From assembly GCA_018398765.1 (NCBI GenBank), contig JAHBMJ010000029.1, positions 1-59,054 of the forward strand: a stretch of 59,054 nucleotides of DNA, given 5' to 3'. Each line of letters begins with the position of its first letter. The first letter of the stretch is position 1. The stretch is from Chromera velia (Eukaryota). The notes beneath the pieces were generated by a model. The model saw only the letters and a program-made list of their open reading frames with translations, did not search any database and was not told the DNA's origin. A program made the position numbers and the translations under genes. Below are positions 51,433 through 59,054 of this stretch, piece by piece.

Positions 51433-51740
51433 TCTTCTTCTCTCCCTCTCTTCTCCTCTCCCTATCTTTTTTTCTCCCTCTTCCTCTCTCTCTCTCTCTC
51501 AAAGTCTCTCTCTCTCTCTCCCTTTCTCCCTCTTCATCTTTCTTCCTCTCCCTCTCATCTCCTCTTCCTCTCTCTCTCCCATCATTCCCTCCCTCCCTCA
51601 CCTAGTCCTTCACTCCCTCCCCCCCCCTATCTCCCTGCCTTTCCCTCTCTTTCTAATTCTCTCTCTCTCTATCTCTATTTCTGTCTGTCCCTGTCTGTCT
51701 GTCTGTTTGCCTCTCTCTCTCTCTCTCTCTCTCTCTCCCC
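51265..51740. repeat. (CT)n-rich polypyrimidine tract
   Basis: Visible tandem run. Confidence 0.9.
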
Positions 51741-52947
51741 TAGCGCTCTCTCTCTTTTTGAGGCCTGCACAAGAATTTCTCCCCATCGATCAATGCTCAT
51801 TCAAACCCAGTTTTTGGCTCCCAAATTTCTTTTACTGGTCGTTAGTTCAAAGGGCCTTACTGGTGCTGTTTGGTGTTTTGTCTCTTCAGTTTGTTTTGCA
51901 CCTGCATGAAACTGCATCTGCAGAGAGGAAAAATGACCAGTGATAGTTTGTGATCAGCAAAAAAATTTGTCTGGTTGAAATTCAATGTTTTCATGAATTT
52001 AGTCAATCGCCTTCGCATTGCGCTGCTCTTCGTTCAAGCTACGTTGCGTATATTCTCGAGTAGACTATGTGTTGTTTAATGCCAGCCTGAGGCTTGATAT
52101 ACAACTGGAGAACTGATAGAAATCAACAGCAACTTGAAGGTGGTGGACAAAGCAGAGCAGCTTGAAATCAAACTGATTGTCGTTTTTGGATGAACGAATC
52201 GTAACATGACTTCCAATGGGTGGCTTTGACCGAGTGACTTCAAAGTTTATTGATTGATATTTAACATGAAAAATAGTTGAAGTAGTAAAATAGAACTATT
52301 TAACCGTTTAAAATAGTTGAAATAGTCTCTTTTTTTACTATTTTCACTATTTACTATCTAGTGTTAGCTAAAATAGTAAAAATAGTTGACTATTTTTATT
52401 ATTTTACTAGTGTGCCGGTTCATAGATGAAAATTAACAAAACTCGCATGATTGAATTTACGCGTAGAATTCAATGAAATTTTAAAAATTTTAAAGGACTT
52501 TACTTAGTAGAGGACTTTACCATAGAATGACTGGAATCTATACTGGAAATCAGATCGCGCCTATATCTAGTAAATACATCATTTTCCTAGACATTTTCTA
52601 GAACATTTTCAAGCTGTTTTTTATAAGTACACTGGAAGTGTAGTATATTACAATGCGAATTTCTAAAACCTTTTGTGTCACAATGATTTGTGACACATGC
52701 AATAATTATAGTTTTAAGAGCTTTTGACTGATTTAATTAAATCACACTTATGTGTGAAAAAAATAGTTGTAGATCGCGTGTTTATTGTGTTTAGCACGGC
52801 TTGACACGCCTCGGAGGGCAGCGTTATAGCTAGTTACTACGGCCCGCATAGACTCCGTATTACTCGTATATAGACTCCACACATATGCACGCATAAACAT
52901 ACAAATCCTGCATGACCCCGCAAGAAAAACAGCTGCGCGCGAGAACC

Positions 52948-53175
52948 TGAGTGAGTGAGTGATTCCCGGAGTGACTCAGAGTGAGTGAGTCGGTCGGTCA
53001 GTCAGCTAATCAGTCAGTCAGTCAGTGAGTGAGTGAGTAAGTGAGAGGCCCCCAGAAAGGGTGAGTGCTAGGGTGAGTGAGGTGAGTGAGTGAGTCAGTG
53101 AGTAAGTGAGTGAAGTGAGTGAGTGAGGCCTATAGGAGTGAGGTGAGTGAGTGAATGAGTGAGTGAGTGAGTGAA
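52948..53175. repeat. (GTGA)n/(GTCA)n simple repeat
   Basis: Visible tandem run. Confidence 0.85.
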
Positions 53176-54115
53176 TGTAGAAGAACAGCTAGTCTGATCT
53201 TTAATGACCCGACTGAAGACTTTAAGTCACTTTGAAAGTCTAGGATCACTTCAATTTTTGTCTGACAATTTCATTACACCTAAGTTTACTTACTCTAACC
53301 ATATTTCATCACACCTATTGTGATACAATTATTTATGTTACGGGTACTAGTGCATGGGGTATTGTATCACAATTTAAATTATGTCATACTATAGTTTCAG
53401 TATATTTACAAGCTCTATAACAAACTCTTCATTTGAAATGTTTCACATGTGTTTCAAAGTTTGGCTTCGTTGTACAAACTTGCGATTATTTGACATGATA
53501 GAGTTTTTGCATCATATGAAAACGATGGAAGGTTTTTTCAACTTCTTTGAGATGCCCCTGTATGGCATTGTGCGATAAAAGCAGAGAAGAGGCCCAAAGT
53601 GGAGACATGCATTCATGCATGCACGAGGAAGTGAAAAAGGGGCACCAGTAAGCACAGTGTGAAAGGAAGTCGCAGTCAGCAGAGACGGTCATTCATGAAC
53701 GTAGAGAGAGCCTCTCGCCGATCAACAAGGAGCCCCAACTCCCTCCATACAAAGAGTGGCCGGCCACTTGAATTCAAGTCCCTCCACACGCCTGACCGCA
53801 GCACAGCGCCCACATGATCGAGGCTAACGTCCAGACACGAACACAGATTGGACACCGACACTTCAAGCAATTAAAACGAGAACAGTGTCACACATACAGG
53901 AAATTAATTCTTTTCTTAAATAACGTTTCTCTATATGGAGAGGGCAAAGCGAGCACTCACGGGCAAAAAGGAGAAAGAGCGCAAATGATAATGAATGAAG
54001 GTGACTTTGAAAATTCCCCCTCCTCTCTCTTCCACCACGATTAAACCTACCCCTTCATGTAATTTGATGGGTTTTTGCACAAAGAAGAGCTAGCACACCT
54101 CTTCTCAGGGGCAAT

Positions 54116-56547
54116 TCAGTAAGCCCAATACCCTTCTTCATCCTCATCAGAGTCATCGTAGTCATCGGAATCCTCAGAGTCCTCCGAGCTCTCGCTTGAC
54201 TCCTCCACCTCCACCCATGTTGATTTCCGCAGTGCTTTCATTTCAAGAAACACCTCCAGCTTTCCTCCCGTTGCCAGGGCTGCAGAGACCAACTCTTCCT
54301 TACGATAATCATGCAGGTGGATGTAGCTGCCGGGTTCTTCATACCCAGCAAAACTGTCTTCTTTCCCGTAAAAGAGGGAGCCTGCCCTCCCCCCAACCGA
54401 AATGGACACGAAAAAATTCCCACTGTATTCACCGTCGTTGACTAGATAGAAACCAGCATACCCCTCTTTGCCATACCCTTCTCTGCCAGACTGACAGATT
54501 TATAAGCAGAACTCGCAGTTCTGCAGCGTGCGACAGAATATCAGAATGCGGCCCTTGCATGCTAAAAAAGAGAAACGACAGTGTAAGGCCGAAAAAACTT
54601 TAGGCGAAAGCATTGGGCAAAGTAGAACGGACTGTGCTGGCGAAACGTCATCAGATTTGAGAGAAACTACGTGTTGCCGCAAATCGTTATGCACTGACTT
54701 ACTCATACACCGAGGTGAAAACATTGTCAAAGACAACTGCGGCAAACTTTTTGGACGTACTCTTTTGACGCTTAGCAACGCGCACAGTCACAAAAAGGTT
54801 CTGAGGGAAGCAGCGAGCCATTCAGGGGCGACAAGCAAAAATCTGCAGCAACTAAATCTTCGCATATGGACCTGAAAAGAGAAATGACCACTCGTGAGCA
54901 CAGTATCGCAAGGGCAGTCCACTGCCCGAGAAGCAAAGTCCTTGAAGATGAGCTTCACGCCCAAAACGTCTGCGTGGAATGAGAGACCAGAACAACACAT
55001 ATGCAAATTGAAAGCAATCTAGAACATTCCTATGATAACGTGCAAAAAAGATACATGCATGGATATGGCCGCACAGGCTGACGATCTAAGCAGGTAGGAG
55101 ATGATTCTAGAAAAAGGGAGCGACGATAGAGAGATCATAACACAAAGATGCAAAAGACTCTTCAAATACGGCAGGTGACCACGCAAAATCAAGGAAGGGC
55201 CACTGGCAAGCCCAGCGGGATCCGAATCGCATGCTCACCTTCTGTACTCTCCCCAAAAGAGTCACCAGTGGAGACACTGTCAGGCAGAGGTTATGAAGGC
55301 GCACACAGCCGGAGACGGATGTAGAGAGTCCCCTTCTTGTCTGCTTTAGCGGCTGTCAATAACTCCTCGGTCGGATAGAAGTTCCCCCATCTTCTGCCAC
55401 TGCCATCATCATTCCAACTCAGGTTCTCGGTTCTTACCGTCTTTCCGCCGACGATACCGACCGTTGCAGTGACAGTCAGCTTCTCGGTGAGTTCGCCTTG
55501 AGTCCACACAAAAAGACTTGCTGTACGACTTCCTCTTCCCTCTTGCTTTGGGTAGAGAGAGACAAAGAATCGCCTTCCCTGCAGATGCCGGCACACAAAA
55601 CGCATAGGAATAATGATACGCGGCTATGAAGCAAAAGTTTACAGAGATTCACTTCAGTCTCCATCTTATAGTAGAACCTTTTACAGCAAACGCAAAGGAA
55701 CTTGGCTCCTTTTCTGCCTCGAAAATCGGCAACCAGGTTCCTTTTTTCCTCCCCCTTGCTTTCCCAAAAGACATCTTGCTGACCTGAAAAGAGACAGAGC
55801 AACTGTAGAGCCGCTGTCCTGTGGCCATCTCTGAAACCTTTTTTTCGAAGTCAGGGAATCAAACACAAGTGATGACGAAATCTGCACAGTTGCAGGGAGA
55901 GTTATCAAGGCATTATGCGGGAGGGGCAATGGGAATTAAGAAGCGATGGCCGGGCAATGAGGTAGAAAAAAAAGACTCGAGCCAGATTTGGTCAGAAGGC
56001 TGGATCATGAAGACGGGGGGAAAGAACGCATGGCCTGCCTGACACCTGCATAGATATACCCTAGGTCTGACCCACCCTTGTAGGGATCTGCATTCAGCTT
56101 GCAGATCTCCTTCTTCTTCAATTGCTCGTGCTCCCGTTTCTTATTAGAATTGTGAGCCGCAAGCCCTTTTCTTTTCATAGAGCGGTCACAGTTCGGCACT
56201 GTACAGGTCACAACGGCTTCTGGGCATACAGGCTCATGTTTGGTAACCTCCTCACTGGTTCCAACAAACTTGTAGCCGTCTCTTTTGTGTTTGCAGTAGT
56301 ACTTGGTGTTCTTGAGGGTGCTGCTCTGGTTAGGTGTAGGGTTCTGCATTTTGGTGAAACGTTGACGGTCTTGGGGACAGATTTTTCCAGATTTGTCCAC
56401 CCATCTGGTGAAGCACTCATTGCAAAACATGTGCTTTGCAGGACAAGAGACGACCCGGGGATCTTCGGGCATCTGAAAGCAGATGGCACACTTGAGATCC
56501 TCCGCATCCTTTGCGTTTGCAACTTGCGAAATCGACACACGTGGCAT
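54116..56547 (-). pseudogene. TRAF-like E3 ligase (RING + TRAF/SIAH-type zinc finger + two MATH domains) with three in-frame stops
   Basis: Exons 56547-56076, 55881-55784, 55578-55239, 54969-54872 and 54520-54116 are phase-compatible. The RING reads CAICFQ..CPAKHMFCNEC..CPQDR. There are two MATH-like repeats, each starting with a 98-nt exon. Internal stops: TGA 55861-55859, TAA 55293-55291, TAA 54502-54500. Confidence 0.8.
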
Positions 56548-57123
56548 TATGAACAACACAAATAAGCAGAGTCTGTACAGACAAAGTTGACCGCAGAGGG
56601 ATGCCGGAGCAGAGTCGGACTGTCAGAAAGCTAGATGTAGTACGAAGGTGAAAAGATCCGTGCAGGATTTTTTTTTTTTTTTAAACAACTTTTCGTCCCC
56701 TGCTTATGAAGTCAATACATATTAATGCACGCTTTCAGGAGCCTTGCAGCAGCATGTACCTCTCAATTAGATTGCAGTTATTTCAGGGCGTTCCAACTAT
56801 ATTCCAAGTTCCAACTTCTGAAGCAAACATCTGAAGTTACTTCGAGTACCTTAACGTACTGGCATTATAGTTTTTGCGGGCGACGGTGGCCGGTGTGGAT
56901 ATGCACCACGCAGGCCCCGGCATGCACCCCCGCGGCACGTCCGGCCACACTGCATAGACGCTATCCGGCCCCCCCGGCAGGCCGCGCTATCTCCCTCCGA
57001 CTCAGCCCTGGTAAACCCAGCTGAGACAATCCGCTTGGGATTGACCCTGACCTCAGTATATATTCGGCTGCAGGTAGCTGCAGGAGGACACAGCTATACA
57101 CAGCTGCCTGATGTGTGGGGACA

Positions 57124-58425
57124 TTATCCTTTGTAATCCCTCCCTTCTTCAGCGTGAGCTAGTGTGAACTTACGTGAGCCTGCATGAGGCCTGTCCCTCC
57201 CGGCAGACGACGGTCTAAAGGGCGTCACAGCTCTCTTTCGCATCTGCTGAGCCTCCCCCTCTCTCTCCCTCATGGATCTTGGGGTCACGAACCCCGAGTC
57301 TGTGTTCCCCTGCTTCCGCTCCGAGGAATGCGTTACCTGCCTCACTCGCTTAGGTGACCCTGTCCCTGTCTGCTTCCCAAAGCTATCCTGCATCCCTCCC
57401 CCCCCCACCCCGTTCACCGCTGTATTACCGTTCACTCTCGGTCTTCCGTTAGGCACCATCAGACTAATTCCTCCATCCCCCTTCTTCCCATCATTCATCC
57501 CTCTGTTCATCATTCCACCCCCCCCAGTCTGGCGTACATCCACGTTGACCCCTGTGTTTGGAATCCCCTTCTCTGTCACCCCAGGGCCATCTACATCTAC
57601 ATCCTCAACTGTAATCCCCCCTGATTAGATATCACAGGTCGGGTACATAGAGTGTTTCCCACCCATTGGCCCACTCCCCCCTCCTCTCCAGGTTTTTTTC
57701 ATCTCTTCCTGAAGACGAACAACCCGCCCATGAATTTCCATGACTCCATGCTCTTTCACCATCTCCGCCACTGAGCATAACATCTCACTCGCCACATCTA
57801 CCTGTGCCCCCGCTCTGGCAGCTATATGTTCAGTAGCCAGGTGTGCGTCAATGTATGCAGCCCCCTCATTTCTCACTTTGTTCGTCAGCCTCCGGTTGTA
57901 TTCTCTGTATTCCATTCCCTTCTACATCATCATATACTCCCTTCTGGATTTCGAGAACACCCCGTCGAGCGGCATCTGAAGCATTGGCATCAACACCTCC
58001 TCCACCATCTCATCACATGCTTCCTTCACCTCCATCATTCCGATATGTGCCTTTTCGTTTATTTCTCCCTCCTTCTTCATTTTCCTCGACGGCACGATCA
58101 GTCTATCGTATGCCTGTTTATTCATTACCTCCACCTTCATAGAGGACTCGAGGGCATCCTTGTTTATGGCTTTCAAATTCGCAGCGTCTGCCACCCTCAT
58201 CTTCACCAGGACCCATTCTGTCATTCCCGTCTTCTCTGTGTCGAACGTATGGACGATGACTTCGTCCGCCTTCAGCTCATGACCCGGCAGATATGGTTTC
58301 ACAACCATTCTATCTGGGATCCTCTTCCTTGGCTCAACCATTCTCCCCGTATCCGGAGGCGCCTCTTCCACTTCCACCTGACCAAGCCATTCTTTCACTG
58401 ACTTGTACATCTCTGAGTCCCTCAA
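57124..58425 (-). pseudogene. Intronless ~430-codon ORF relic broken by two stops, possibly transposon-derived
   Basis: ORFs 57922-58425, 57625-57915 and 57124-57579 share one reading frame and are separated only by TAG (57924-57922) and TAA (57627-57625). The translation is very Met-rich. No domain recognised. Confidence 0.6.
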
Positions 58426-59054
58426 GTGCCTAAGAATCAGTCTACAGGGACTGCTTGATGAAAAACAAATATATACGGAGGAAATCTGTTAATCAGTCGG
58501 TCAGCTTGACCCAGGCCAGCCGGGCTCCAGATGTATCCAGAGGCCCCCCTATATGCGTACCACACCTAACCACACTTGATCCTTATAAATCTTTACTTGC
58601 AGGCTTAGTATTAATTTTTAAATTAGTTTTCTTACCATTTTAGGAATTGTGGAGTCTTATACTGTGGTGCCGCCATGCTGTCTAAACCTGCTTGGGGCGC
58701 CTGGAGTACCCCAGACACGCCGCAGGTGGCGCTTGGGGCGACCCTAGGTGGTTTTGGCTAAGTTTATATAGAGCTGCCTGGGGCTTCGTTGTTGAGAGTT
58801 GCCTGGGGCGAAGGTCAGTGCCTTCGTATCATCATGAACCACGGTGCACATGCCCGACTGGGTTCGTGTGAGGAACGCACCGACGCGACTTTGCAATCTA
58901 TATGTGCATGCCGTGCATCAAAGGTCCGACTAGGTTATGTAGACCGGCAGCAACTTTTTGTTTGGCGGTCGCGATCAGCGATAGATACCAGTGGATACAC
59001 ATTAAGTTGACGGTTGCTTTCAACTTTCGTCTCTTCTCACTCTTGTCACTGGAG

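Larger units (their letters stand above)
48959..52431. mobile_element. Putative non-autonomous DNA transposon bounded by long imperfect inverted repeats
   Basis: Left end: tttcatctatgaa..accgg.taaaatgaaaaaatagtcactatttttactatt..gatagtaaatagtaaaata. Reverse complement of the right end: tttcatctatgaaccgg..gtaaaataataaaaatagtcaactatttttactatt..gatagtaaatagtgaaaata. No transposase inside. No target-site duplication identified, and the exact ends are uncertain. Confidence 0.6.

Noticed and set aside
55859..55861. In-frame TGA in the TRAF-like gene as selenocysteine
   Set aside because: It is not in a redox motif, and the same gene has two TAA stops, so pseudogenisation explains it better.
54116..58425. 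Alternative genetic code (TAA/TAG = Gln) explaining the in-frame stops
   Set aside because: Intact genes in the window end at TAA or TAG (SelW TAA, TtcA TAG), and their long exons contain no internal TAA/TAG.

Overview
Eukaryotic, intron-rich nuclear DNA with GT-AG introns full of (GA)n/(GT)n/(GACA)n microsatellites, frequent TGCATGCA motifs and AT-rich intergenic islands. The style suggests a chromerid/apicomplexan-related alveolate such as Chromera; this is an inference. Gene models I assembled by hand: a RAP-domain helical-repeat RNA-binding protein (-), a 75-aa membrane microprotein (+), a low-complexity protein (-), a five-exon selenoprotein W with an in-frame UGA that the ORF track misses (+), an intronless secreted copper type II monooxygenase (-), an unknown spliced gene (+), a UPF1-like SF1B helicase with an N-terminal LOTUS/OST-HTH-like domain (-), an organelle-targeted TtcA (+), a ~3.5-kb inverted-repeat-bounded element carrying a 144-bp tandem array, a RING-TRAF-2xMATH pseudogene (-) and a stop-interrupted ORF relic (-). 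There are three highlights. First, the best SECIS candidate for SelW has textbook type II geometry but an ACGA core instead of AUGA. Second, the helicase looks like a LOTUS-UPF1-like fusion. Third, the two adjacent dead ORFs are inactivated only by lesions explicable as C:G->T:A transitions, mostly CpA->TpA, which resembles fungal RIP.
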